DNA of 61,564 nucleotides, the filler included, from Dugesia japonica (Eukaryota), in assembly GCA_001938525.1 (NCBI GenBank). It is 6 parts of 6 records of this genome, joined end to end, with 100 filler letters (N's around TTAATTAATTAA, not from the genome) between each part and the next. Parts side by side here need not be neighbours in the genome. Positions count along the whole stretch, not along the records: positions 1 to 8,283 come from MQRL01392899.1; positions 8,384 to 17,287 come from MQRL01160466.1; 4 more parts are not named here. The stretch is one strand, 5' to 3'. A model generated the notes under the pieces. The model searched no databases. It was not told the origin of the DNA and saw only the letters and a program-made list of their open reading frames with translations. The position numbers were made by a program, and so were the translations under genes. Shown here piece after piece: positions 1 through 12,242 of this stretch (its first letter is position 1; each line of letters opens with the position of its first letter).

Positions 1-600
1 TATATGTATATATAAAGAAATAATAACTATAAAACCACCATTCTCGGAAGGAGCTAAGTCATTAAATGCTCTCTCATGAAATATTTTGATCAAAATAAAT
101 TTAGATTGATTTTCACTTCAAAAAACCTCAAGTTATTTAAGCAACAAATCTACTTCACCAAAAGCTTTGCTCGCTAATCTAATTTATCAATTTAGTTGTA
201 ACGGATGTGATGCTACATACGTTGGAGAGACAAAACGCCATCTTCGTACACGTGTTAGCGAGCATATGCAAAAAGGAAAAGCTCGGTTTTAGATCATGCC
301 TGTTGCTGCAAAAATAGAAAACGTAAAATAAGCATTGATGAGTTTACAGTTTTGAACAGCGGTTTTGGTAACTATTTTGAAAGAATTGCGTGTGATGCTT
401 TGAGAATTGGATTGTATAATCCGATTTTTAATACTCAGATTGACACACAATCACTTTTAAATTTATTTTAATATCATTTTATTGAATTTATTACGTAACA
501 GGTTTTATTGGCCAGTATATAAACAATTTCTTTCCTTTTTACAACAGTAACTGATAATGGACATAGATTTGTCCGAAACATGTATTAAAAATAAAATTTT
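1..600 (+). mobile_element. Penelope-like retroelement 3' fragment (GIY-YIG endonuclease plus 3' end), degraded
   Basis: Translation LIYQFSCNGCDATYVGETKRHLRTRVSEH (~180-265) matches the PLE GIY-YIG domain. It is followed by a hammerhead-like motif, AATAAA and a (TA)n tail. Confidence 0.8.
547..590 (+). ncRNA. Minimal hammerhead-ribozyme-like motif of the Penelope element (core variant)
   Basis: CTGATAA-T-GGAC(atagattt)GTCC-GAAAC-ATGTA gives a CUGANGA-like box with G>A, stem II, GAAA, palindromic stem III and a GUA site. Confidence 0.45.
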
Positions 601-1449
601 CAAAAAATGGCTTTTTTTATTATATATATATATATATTTAATGTAGTTATGTGTTAAAATATTGCCATGTTTACTTTATTGAAATACAAAGAAAGTAGTT
701 ATTTTAATCGCGGTATAATACTAATTCATGAATTCACTGTTTCCGCCAAAAATGTGATGGAATGAACATGTATGTTGTTTTTGTTTGGAGTCTAATGTTT
801 AAGTAAATCTTATGTTATACAGAAAATATCAAACAAACTTGGGCAAACTGGTTGCCAAACAAAATGGACATCTTTATAAAATCTGAATTGTTCATAGACA
901 GGAATTTAACATATATTAACAAAGACCAAAATGAGAGATTTGCTTAACCTTTATAATTTGTAAGTAAGGTTATTCAAAAATCTAATTTCTGTTTAGAAAT
1001 TAATTTAGTAGTAGCTTAAAACGTTATGGTGAACAGGGTTCACTTCATAAGCTGACTGTGACCATAAATAAACTGGCTTTCATTATGTTGGTGTTATTGT
1101 TCATTTCTTAATATTACATTGATATATTACTCATTTATCTATAATTAATGGACCTGCAAAAATACAACTACTTTTGCTTAATAGAAAGACGATTTTATTG
1201 CAACATTACATAAATATTATTATATATTATTTTGCATTATTATGCATTCGTAAATATATAAATTAGGGAAATTAAAGCTTTTATAATTTTTATTTGTTTT
1301 AGTTTTTAAAATATTGTATTGTAACATGTTTTTGAAATTCTATTATAAATTATCGTAATAATAAATTTAGAACATTAATTGTGGTTTTATAATAAATGAA
1401 TGATTTGTTAAAATAATTATTAATATATATAAAAAGGCAATTTGAAGAT

Positions 1450-2210
1450 TAAAACGTTCTGATAAAATCAATTATTTGGTGTTCACAAAGTGTTTAGACA
1501 GATTTAAAAATTAGTCAAGGTTAATTAAATATGAATGCACAATGTTTTCATAAAATTAACAATAAGTCATTATTAATTGTTTTTTTAATTAAAAAACTTA
1601 AACCGGATTAAAAACCAAAACGGAAGGAATTTGCGATTAGTATTCTTGAAAAAATTGTAAAAGATAGTCTATTCATGAATTACTTTTGCTTCAATGACGA
1701 GGCTACCTATCATCTGTCTAAAAAGATGTACTGCCATAATGCATGAAAATCTATATGTTATCAGGGAAGTTTTATGTGACAGTTCACAAGTTAATGTTTG
1801 GTATAAATTGCTATGTAACAAAGTTATTGGACAATTCTTTTTAGAAAAAACTATACTAGCATATATACCATAATTAAAAGAGCTTAATATCATTTTTTAG
1901 CGAAATGTTTCACCATCTCATTGGAAAAAATGTTCTTGACTTTTAAAATAAATCTTTTCTTGATGATGATATAAAAACACTACTCAATTTTGTGGCTTTA
2001 TATTTTCCCAGATTTTAACACCAATAGATTATTTATGTGGGGTAACGTGAAAGATGTTATGTATCGGACCAACGTTATGGATATAAATCATATGAATTGA
2101 ACGCCATTGATGAAGTCTTGGTAATAAGAACATGGACGGAAATTGTGTATTGTTTGAATATAATCCATTCATCTAATAGAGAACACGTAGCCATTTTATC
2201 TTAAGTTGAA
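1450..2210 (+). mobile_element. Tc1/mariner-superfamily transposase relic
   Basis: Broken frames give NDEATYHLS, SQVNVW, VIGQFF and FMWGNVKDVMY, remnants of the DEAxFH and WPxxSPDLxxxDFFLWG motifs. Confidence 0.7.
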
Positions 2211-5200
2211 TAAAAACTTTGTTAATTTTAATAATATTTTGAAATTGTCTTAAGACTCTTGGTCAAATTTTTAATTTTTTTTTTTGAAAATTTAACAAAG
2301 TGAATTTATTAAAAAAAATAAACATTTTTTATTATTAAATTAATTTCCTAGACTTTAAAATAGAGCACTGTCAATTTAAATAAATGAAGAGAATGAGCTC
2401 CTTTTAAGAATCAATAGAGTTTACTCTAGAAAACATCAGTTTAGATATTTTTAATTATTATTATTGCCAATAAAGAAAGAAAGTTCTACAGTAAATAAAA
2501 ATAAATTGTAATCAAGTCAGTTGTTCAAGGTGTAACAGAAAAGGACATCTTGCGGGAGATATTAATGCAATTAAGATTAAACGAGTAAGTTATCAAAATG
2601 CCCGAGAACCTGAAAAACGAATAATTGGAAATGGAAAACAGAATCATTTTACAAACGATCAAGACAACACCAATCAACTGAATTCATGATATAGTAGATG
2701 ATGAAAAATATTTTAGATGTAAAGAAGATAATGTATACTATTTCGATGAGAACATGAATAAGTATTATGACGAACTAGAAAGAGACGAAAATGTCGAAAC
2801 ATTGAAAATCTTAGAACAAAACTTTTGGAAAAATTTTAAAATTTTTTTTATAAAAATAGGGGATATTAGGGGATATATTTTTAAAAAGCATAAATTTATT
2901 AATAGGTCAAAATTTTAATTGCAAAAAGATTTTAAATGTAAATATTTAGTGTGAAAAATTTCAATATAAATTTTTATTGGTTTTTTTAAAAAAAAATAAA
3001 TGATTAAATAAAATTGAAGTTAATTAATTGATTATTTAAAAGTTTAAAATAAATGGTTTAGAAATATTAAAAAATAATAAAAAAAATATTACAACTTGTT
3101 TGATTTAATTTTATAAAAGATATAAATTGTAGAAGGCAATTTTGAAAACAAATAATTATATAAAGTCAGAAAAAACTTTGAAAGAAATAAATTTTTTTCA
3201 TTGATTAGCTCCGATTAAAATGTTGTTTTGTGTTTTTTAATTTCAATTTATTAGTTATCCGAATTATTTACTCTTGTCTCTTTTAAGAATTCCTGATCGA
3301 CGCGATTAATTTAATGAAATCTCAAATGCGATCAATCGTTAAGTCCAAAAATTATTCTCACAATAATTATAATTGTAAATTGTTGTATTTAATAAAATTT
3401 TAATTTGTTTTTATTTTTAATGAATGAACATTTATTATTTATATTATTATATTCTCACTCGAGAAATAAAATATTATTAAATTATTATTATTAAATTCAT
3501 TCATTATTAAATTATAAATTTTGCAAAATCTTTAAGTTGATATAATTTGTAAAATCTAGTGTAATTTTGTAAGATTTGCAGAATTTATCAAAAAAAAACG
3601 AAATTACTTTTTTTAAAAACTAATCAATTTCTAAAAAAACTTAATTTGTAATTAAGAATAGTGTAGATTATCCGGTTTGTTGTCTGATGAATTCATATTT
3701 TATTAGAACATAATATTTAGAAAGAAATATATATTTTATAAATTAATGGAAATAAAATAATTATTCTTTCTTAACTATAAAGTAATTTTTCAATTGGTAT
3801 TTTATAAATAAAAATTCAGTAATATTTATAAAATTATTATCAATTAAATATTAATGGTCGTCATTTTATCTTTCAAACTTAAATTGAATTGAAAAAATTT
3901 GTTTCAAATTAAAAAGAATTAAACAAGATTCTTTGATAAATGAAATTCGATTTTTCAATTTCTAAATAATTCAAGTTTTCTTTGAATTGATTGTTAACGT
4001 TTTTTTAATGTTTTAGTAAAATAATTTAGTTGGTTAATTTTTTAAATTTTACTTTTAAAAGTCTACTAATTGTTTTTTTTAATATTTAAGGTAAAAAAAA
4101 GTCAGTTAGTGACGAAGACTAAGTCTAAAATTCGAATTATTATCAAAAGAAATGTTTTGATCGAAGCTTTTATTTCAAGGTATTTTGGAAAATGATTAAT
4201 TGTTATGTCTAACAATTATTCTCACAAAAATTGTATTTGTAAAAAAATTTAAGGTTATATATAATCTTATTTCAAATATTGGATATTGCAGAAGAGGTTT
4301 CAGTAAAACTGAAAGAAATAAAATTTCATTAAATTAAAAGCTTCGATGAAAATGTTGTTTTATATATTTTTAATATTTTTGTTGTTGTTAGATTTTTAAA
4401 TTTTCGACTTTTGTTTTCTTCAGCATCTAACGTTTTGATTTATTTAATTACTATAAGAAAATATTTCAACTTTGTTTGCATTTTATTCAAATTTTATTGG
4501 ATAATTTTAATTTAATTCGAATAAAATTTATTGAGATTTATTTTAATTATTATAATTTGTATAAACTATATTGATTTTAGTTTAATCTTCTTTAATAAAT
4601 GATTCTTCACATTTCTTCATGAGAAATGTAGAAATTTAGCCTGTTTCCAATGTTTTTCTGGTGAAATTTTATGTTTATTTTTAAGGTGTTTGAAGACTTT
4701 ACTTTTTTCTTTTTCAGATGTTTCTTAATTCTTGTTCAGATAATTCTGCATGTTTCTACTATATCCTTACGTAAGGTACATTTTATTTTATAAGTGATAT
4801 TTTTCTTATTTCATAAATTTCTACCATCACAAATGCATTTGAGAGCAATAATAGAAAACGTTTTTANCATTATAGTTTCAAAAAAATACAATACAAATTT
4901 AAAAAATCAAATAATTAATACAAAATTTGTCTTTAAATATTGTTGACTTTAATATGTATTCTTTGAAATTTTTGAAATATAAAATTGTTTAATTGAAATT
5001 ACAAAAAATACAAATTTCTTTTAAAAAAATCTTGAAATAATTTTCATTAAAAGTATTCAAATTCAAAGTTTTCTCAAATAAAATGAATTTTTTTATTAAT
5101 TATTGTTAAATAACATGATCAAATCATTATGTTATATTAAAAAATCAAGCAATATTATTAAATTAATAAGTGAATCTAAAATTGCCTAAACGACAACTCA

Positions 5201-5879
5201 TTAATGCAATTTTAATGAAAATATGCAACAAATACAAATCGGGTAAACTAACTGTGATTATATCTGACGAATAAGAAAATAAAACTGGCGAAATAAATAT
5301 ATTTATTGATCAGATGGTTGTAGATATTTCAGTAAAACAAAAAGTAATGAAATCAATAATAAAAGAAAATTTAAGCATTACTGTTTTAAAATGTACAATG
5401 TAAAGAGATTTGGTCAAATTCAATTATAGTAACATAATGAAGAAATCAAACAAAGTCCATTTGTTCATTTTTCTTATTTATAATACAGGATTTATAATAA
5501 ACAAAATTAATCAGAATCCCTAAAGAAGACAAAAGTCAAAAATTTTTATTTTGATTATCGTGTTTAGCTTTAAATTTAGATTTTAATTTTAAAAACTAGT
5601 AATAACAAAAAAAGATAATTGTTTTGATATTATTATGGAATGCAATTTCAAAACAAAAACTGGATAAAAAAATTCGGAATCGATTATTAAGGATTAAATT
5701 GCTTTAATAAACATATTTTCTTTGTAAATACTGCTTTAACTAATAAGTGAAATTGTTAAAATTCTTTTATTTTACTTTTCTCTAAACAATCAACACTGGT
5801 TTCTTTGAAAAAATTAAAATTGACCATTGTTTTTTTTAATTTTTTCAATACTAATTAAAATAAATTATTATTAAAAAAT

Positions 5880-7255
5880 TAAATGAACGCCATTTCATAC
5901 ATTTTGTTATTTACAGGAACTGTTGAAAATAACCTCCACCAGCTAATATGCAGGAATCCAATCTTCTCATCATTGAATGACGCATTATTTTGAATACACC
6001 AGGAATGTTCCTTATAAAATTGCGTCCATTGAAAATTCCTTAAATAATCTTCATTTTCCACTGGAGTCTTATAAACTAAAGATTTTAAATGGCCCCATAA
6101 AAAAATTAACCAGATTTAAGTGCGGTGATCAAGCAGGCCATGCGTGAGGTCCACCTCTATCAATCCATCGATCATGATATGTTACATTTAGTGACCCACA
6201 AGCAAGTCTACTAAAATGCGCCGGTGCTCCATCATGCATAAACCACATTATTTTTCTCATTGGCAATGGTATATCCTCAAGCAACTCAGGTAGCCTATCG
6301 TCCAAACAATTAGGGTATACCTCAGCGGTAAGTGTTCCTGGTAGGAAATTACCCACAATTCCAACCCAAACGTTCAATGAGAACTGATATTGGAAACGAT
6401 CTTCACGTATCTCATGTGGATTTTCTTCCGCCCATACATAATTATTATGGAAATTCATTATGGCATTTTTTGAGAAACTTGCTTCATTGGTAAACAGAAT
6501 TTGGCTCAATGAGACAATGTTTGTTTCAGCCATTGAGAAAATGCGATTCGTATAGAAATCTCTGTGTTAAGAAGTGCTTGAAATGGTATGGGAAAAGCTA
6601 AAGATTTTCCACATAGTGTATTTACTTACATTCAATGCGTTTGCAATTATTCTAGTTGAAGTATGTGATCTTCCTGTACCATATCACACACATCTTCTTC
6701 AATTTCTATTATTCTTCCGGTTTTTGGTCTTCCTGGTCCACCATTGTGTTTAAACGTGCCTGTTTTGAGAAGATGCCGATGAATTCCTTCAAAAGGTTCC
6801 CTATCAAGAACATGACGTTTTGGAAATCGTTCGGCGTACAACTGCTTAGCCTTTAATGAATTTCCATTTGCTAACCCATACATAAAATGCATGTCCGTCC
6901 TTCCGGCGTTTGTATATTGATTCGTGATATGAGATTTAGGCATATTCCTAATATTTATTTTATATACATCTAGATTAATTTTAACAAAAATATTTTAATT
7001 AATGTTGATTGATAATAAAGTTATTATGTATAATAAATGTATTGCAACAAATTATATATGAATTACGGATATTGTTATTGGTATTTGTGTTATATTGATA
7101 GTTAAGTTGAAATTATTTGTAAAAAATATTTGTGTTTTTAAAATCTTTTTAGGCGTGTATTTTTGAAACAAAATCATTTTGAAAAGAAATAATAATGTAC
7201 AAACTTCCAAGGAATAATCCCTTAAATTTTTGTCCCATGTTTTACTAACACCCTG
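5880..7255 (-). mobile_element. Tc1/mariner-superfamily element with a frameshifted transposase and one TIR
   Basis: ORFs 6647-6943 (DMHFMYGLANGNS..YAERFP HTH region) and 6129-6533 (FTNEASF..WFMHDGAPAH..GGPHAWP). TA+CAGGGTGTT TIR on the minus strand ends at 7255. Confidence 0.85.
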
Positions 7256-8283
7256 TATATATAATAAACTTATAATTTGGAAAATATTTCTAAAAACGTT
7301 ATAATTTATTCATTTTTAATACAATAACTAAAATAACAATTAAATAATTCAAAATTCTTATTTGATTTTAAATGGCATTATTGATTTCAAATAATTTTAG
7401 AGATTTAATTAAATTCATGGGGTGAATAGAACTTTATGAAATTATTTAAGCTTTTTCAAATTTAAGTAAAAGTTGATAATTTTTCATAGTGTTTTATTTC
7501 CGGTTATTTTCTTCTAAATTTGTTGAGACTATCTATGAAATGTTAATGCCATAAAAACGGATAACATAAAAAAATAATGAATCTGATCGCATTTATTCAT
7601 AACCTAATATTTAAACTAGTATTGATAATATAAGTTAATAGACGTTCACAGAACTAATTACAAACCAGGCTCAATTTATCTTTTTAAAAATATCAAAAAT
7701 AGTAATTTGATCATAATCTAATTTATTGTTATTGATATTTAGGTAATTAGAATAATCACCTATATAACCAACTATATATTTGATCTATCTAACTTGTTAA
7801 ATGTTTATTAATAAAGACTTTATCGAATATATTACTTTCATTGTTAATTTCAATGAATAAAAAACTAATGCTTTAACAAATTAATCAATAGTTTTACAAT
7901 TATTTTTTAAAATCGATACTACAAATTTTTTTTGAAACAAAATTCTCATGCTTTGAAATACATATTCTAATTAAATATTTATTAAATTTATTGAAATCCA
8001 ATTGTAATATATAAATAACATTTCATTATTATTCAATTTTCTTGAAAAATTAAAATTTTATATATTTGTTTAAATAAGTTAAAAAATTTTATTAAATTAT
8101 TATAAAATGTAAATAAATTAAAATAAAAGATAAATGAAAGAGAAAACATTGTTGTTAAATGTATCCAATTTTACGTTTAATTCGATGTAAAATGTATTTA
8201 TACTGCGAAACTACATTTGGCACAGTCAGAAGTAGTTTATAAATAACTTCAGCACAAAAAATAACCCAACACAGAATTCTTAA

Positions 8284-8383
8284 NNNNNNNNNNNNNNNNN
8301 NNNNNNNNNNNNNNNNNNNNNNNNNNNTTAATTAATTAANNNNNNNNNNNNNNNNNNNNNNNNNNNNNNNNNNNNNNNNNNNN
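8284..8383. other. Artificial contig linker (44N-TTAATTAATTAA-44N); also at 17288-17387, 33484-33583, 42234-42333 and 50512-50611
   Basis: The identical 100-nt construct with stops in all six frames occurs five times. Confidence 0.97.
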
Positions 8384-8638
8384 TCGCTACTGGTATTGAT
8401 GATCGCATTGTTAGAAATATTTAAATGATTTTCAGGCAGAAAGCCACTTCCAAGGTTCAGTAAGGAAGAGGCGAAATCTCATATTATAAAATATGGAACC
8501 GTTAAATACAAATTGTCTGAAAAATATAAATCTGATTCCAAATTGAAATCTTTGATTGATTCTTGTGTGAAACAAAATCCTGATGAAAGATGCCCAATAG
8601 GAAAATTGAAAGAAATTAAAAATTTCATTTCAGATTGA
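8384..8638 (+). CDS. Protein kinase, C-terminal part (subdomains IX-XI), truncated by contig start; intron 8393-8435
   Basis: Splicing a 43-nt GT..AG intron gives ATG|RKPLPRFSKEEAKSHIIK...LKSLIDSCVKQNPDERCPIGKLKEIKNFISD*. Confidence 0.6.
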
Positions 8639-8719
8639 AATTATTATTAATTATTTTTCTTTAGAAATAAGTATTACATTTTCTTTGTTTATTTGTTTTA
8701 ATTAAGTTACATCTACGTT

Positions 8720-9575
8720 TACATCTCAAACATTTTAGCTGGCTGTGTATTTTTCGTTCCTTCCTTCGTTTTTGTTGTCAACATTTTAGCTTTTTGGCAT
8801 GTTATACAGCTTCGGACAACCTCTTGTATTTTACTCCACAAAAGTTTCGCTTAAAATTTATGCTTCATATACGCTGCTACTTTTTCTGTTCCAGAATGAC
8901 ATAATTGATGGTGTATCCTCATTATAACCTCTTCTATTTTATCATCAGATATCCACTTTTGGGATCTTCATGTGATATTAGACATTGTGCACATGCATCT
9001 AATTTACTCCTTGAATACATATCCGTAATTACATGAAGCGATCTTTTTCTATATTACAATGTTATATCAAAACTGGTCAAATAATTAATCCAAGTTTGAA
9101 ACTGTGATGTGAATGGTTTCTTGATATTTAGCATAAAGTCATAGCTTTATGGTTTGTTCTAAGATAAATCTCTTTCCATATAAGTAATGTTTGAAATGAA
9201 TAAAAAAGTAATAAATTGCGAGTAATGCTTTTCTTGTAGTACAATATCCTTTTTCATGACTCGTCATTGCGTGTGACCCATATACAATTACTCTTTCTTG
9301 TCCATTGTTGTCCTTTGGAGATAGTACGGCCCCAATCGTATCAAAACTCGCATCCGTATCTGAAATAAATTTTCTATTTATATCTGAAAAACTTAATATT
9401 AGAAGCATCATTAGTGCTTGTTTCATTCCATTAAAATCTTTTTCTAAGTCGTTTGTCTATTCAATCTTCATGTTACAATGCCCACTATACAGTTGTTCCA
9501 GAAATCTAGCTTTTTTCGAATAATTTTTAATAAACTTGCGATAGTAAATGCAAATTTTCAAAAACCTTCTGATCT
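8720..9575 (-). mobile_element. Ty3/Gypsy pol fragment (RT connection, RNase H, integrase zinc finger)
   Basis: DTDASFDTIGAVLS..YCTTRKALLAIYYF..HFKHYLYG and HHQLCHSG..CITCQ. Closely similar to the element at 58560-61564. Confidence 0.85.
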
Positions 9576-10569
9576 TCTTTTTTTATCTTTATTTTTTTGA
9601 ATTTTTTTTAAATATTTTTTTTTAATTTTTTTTATTAATTTTTTCAAAATTTTTTTTACATATTTTATTTTTTTTTTTAATTTTTAAAAAAATTTTTTAT
9701 TTTCCCCGTCCACTTTTAAATTTTTATTTGTTTTCTGATGAGTTATACTTTTTTTGAACATTTTTTAATCACAAACTAAAATGATGGAAAGTATTGAATA
9801 ATAATTTCTGCATTAGACTGTATGGACATGGCTCATCTCCGATTTATAAAAATGCCCTCAGATTTTGAAGATGGGTATTTCAAACTGGGGAAAAACGGAA
9901 ATTGTACTGCCGAAAAAATTGATTGATAGATTATTTGCCATAATAAACGACCTGAAACATGTCAAAATACAATTTGGGGTAATGGTGGAATTGGTTAAGG
10001 AAATCGAGACAAAAACTTGCAGATTATCGAATCGTGCAGTACCACTTACAAATGATTTTTTCGCGGAGGGCGTGAAACAGTTAAATGAAAAAATAACCAT
10101 CTGAAGTGAGCTGGGATCAAGTTGGATTCTCAGCCGTATATTAGAAATAAATTTAAAAATAACGAAAATATCCAATGTGTCGGCTGTCAGGAAGTGAATT
10201 CATTGAAACACCAAAAAATTTAAATAAAAAACGGGCTTTTGTAAACGTATTCAACAAAAATGGCAACAAGTGTTTCTTGTACAGCATACTTGCTCAAAAA
10301 GGATGAGGTCGATGAAAATCATAGATACAGGGCCAATCAATATGATAGATGCATGTCAGAATTGAAGTATGATGAGGCGGATTTGCTGATGAAATTAGAA
10401 GACATTAGTAAGTTTGAAGAAGAAAATTTGCAAAATGGCTAAAAGAACAAGGGGGATGGGAAACACTATATCCCATTAAAGGAGAGGAAATAAATAGAGA
10501 ACCTGTCAATATTTCTCAGCAAGAAAGTGATGTTAGAAATTTGATTAATAAAAATAAAATTAAAGGCAG

Positions 10570-12180
10570 TCAATCTTTCATTAGTACAGTGATACTGATA
10601 ATAACTCTGTTATTAGATTTAGCAAAAGACACCAATGCTACTATAAGCTATAGCTTATGATTGTAGTAAACCCGTTTGGGGTAAAAATATATATATAATT
10701 GGACATAGAAAATTGTCTCGAAGCTCACCCAGCAAACATAAAAATATCCAATCTCGTAATTATGCAAGTTTATCAAGAATCTGAATTCACTCAAACAGAA
10801 GCAAGAGAATGTATTGTTAAATATTCGGAGGAAGTGTTCTATTGTGATAGTTCTCAATCAGTACCGTTAGTACCAAGTTGGTCACCAGAAGCAGTAATAT
10901 TGTGATAAAGCGTTTGAAAACAAAGAAATAACAGTACATGAAAAACTTTAATTAGAACCGAGAATTAGAGTGAAAGTAAGACAATCAAAAAATATAGTTG
11001 GATGGTCATCCGGAGGAGGATGGTGCAAAGGAGGTAATTACTATTTGTGAGGCAAAACCAACTATAATAGATTATATATATCTACAGAACTTATTAAAGC
11101 CTCTAAAGATCAAGTAGATAAATTAGACATCAAACTAGCTTCATATTTTAATAATAAACTTGATTTTGCATATCATAATTTGATATACCAAATGAAAAAA
11201 CTATATGACGAAACAATATCAAGGGATTGTAAAGTAATTAGAAAATTGTTTTGCACAAAAATGGCACTGGTTTACACTAATCCAGATTTAATGTCTCCAA
11301 TATTGTTCGAGGAAACGGGAACTTTTTGGAGAATTGTAGGCAAAGAACTACTAACGTTTAAATGTAAAATAGCAAAAGTTACTCTAACGGATCACCCAAA
11401 ATGCGCAAATGAACTGCTAGTAATACATAATAATAAAAAGGTCTTTTTATTACCTGTGGCACGGATTTTAACGTATGAAAATTATAAACCTAAAGAAATC
11501 AATAAATGTAGTAATGTTCTTGATTTACTATAGAAACAAAATGATGATATTTAGATCACAGCTTCAGATGGTAAATAGCAAAAAAGCCTGCCGTATTAGA
11601 AATGAGGGAGCTACAAAGAAAAATGACATTTGATAGACAAGACGATATAGAAAATACCGGTATATATACTCAAGAAGACATAGAGAAAGCTAGAAAAAAT
11701 ATTCTTTTCCCTATAGTAAGAGAAAGAGTAATATCAATAATGATTGATAAAATCCATAAATGAGGCAAAGTAGATGATATTCATTTTGAATCATTGTTGC
11801 ATGTAGATTACTAAAAAAGAGCTATACAAGATTTTATTGATAACTTTCTGGGTAAAACACAAGCAATCGGCGGTATATTTTCATTCTTTTTATTAATATA
11901 TTATGTTTCAATATTATTAAAATTAGCATGTCACCAACTAATATCATTAAAACCATTACATTCATTTTTTGGTGTTACATGGAAACTAGGAGCATGCGTA
12001 TGCTCATTTATTGCAAAACATTTAATCATGCAAAAACATCATGTTAAAATCAGTAAACCAGAAAGACAAAATCAAACACACACAATTGATTTATCAAACC
12101 GAGATGAAAACATAGAGTTCAATAATCATGAAAATAAATCCTATCAATCAGAAACACATAAACTTAATGAATTAAAATAA
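10570..12180 (+). pseudogene. env: Chuvirus/herpes-gB-like class III fusion glycoprotein (env), frameshifted
   Basis: Hydrophobic leader FISTVILIITLLL, then IAYDC (10650-10664), QVYQ..ECIVKYSEEVFYC, GGWCKGGNY, LYDETISRDC..NPD..G..KC..KCANEL..FLLPVARIL..C, and a C-terminal TM segment IGGIFSFFLLIYYVSILL. Confidence 0.8.
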
Positions 12181-12242
12181 AATTTTGAAAATGAAAAGTT
12201 AATAAAATATACCGCACCTAAAAAATTGCAAGACATATATAT

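Noticed and set aside
2520-2850. Coding-like stretch; similar ones at 16570-16870, 37640-38400, 51250-52400 and 56840-57200
   Set aside because: Multiple stops and no motif I could assign with confidence.
8284-8383. Recurrent palindrome TTAATTAATTAA between N runs
   Set aside because: It is an artificial six-frame-stop linker, not biology.
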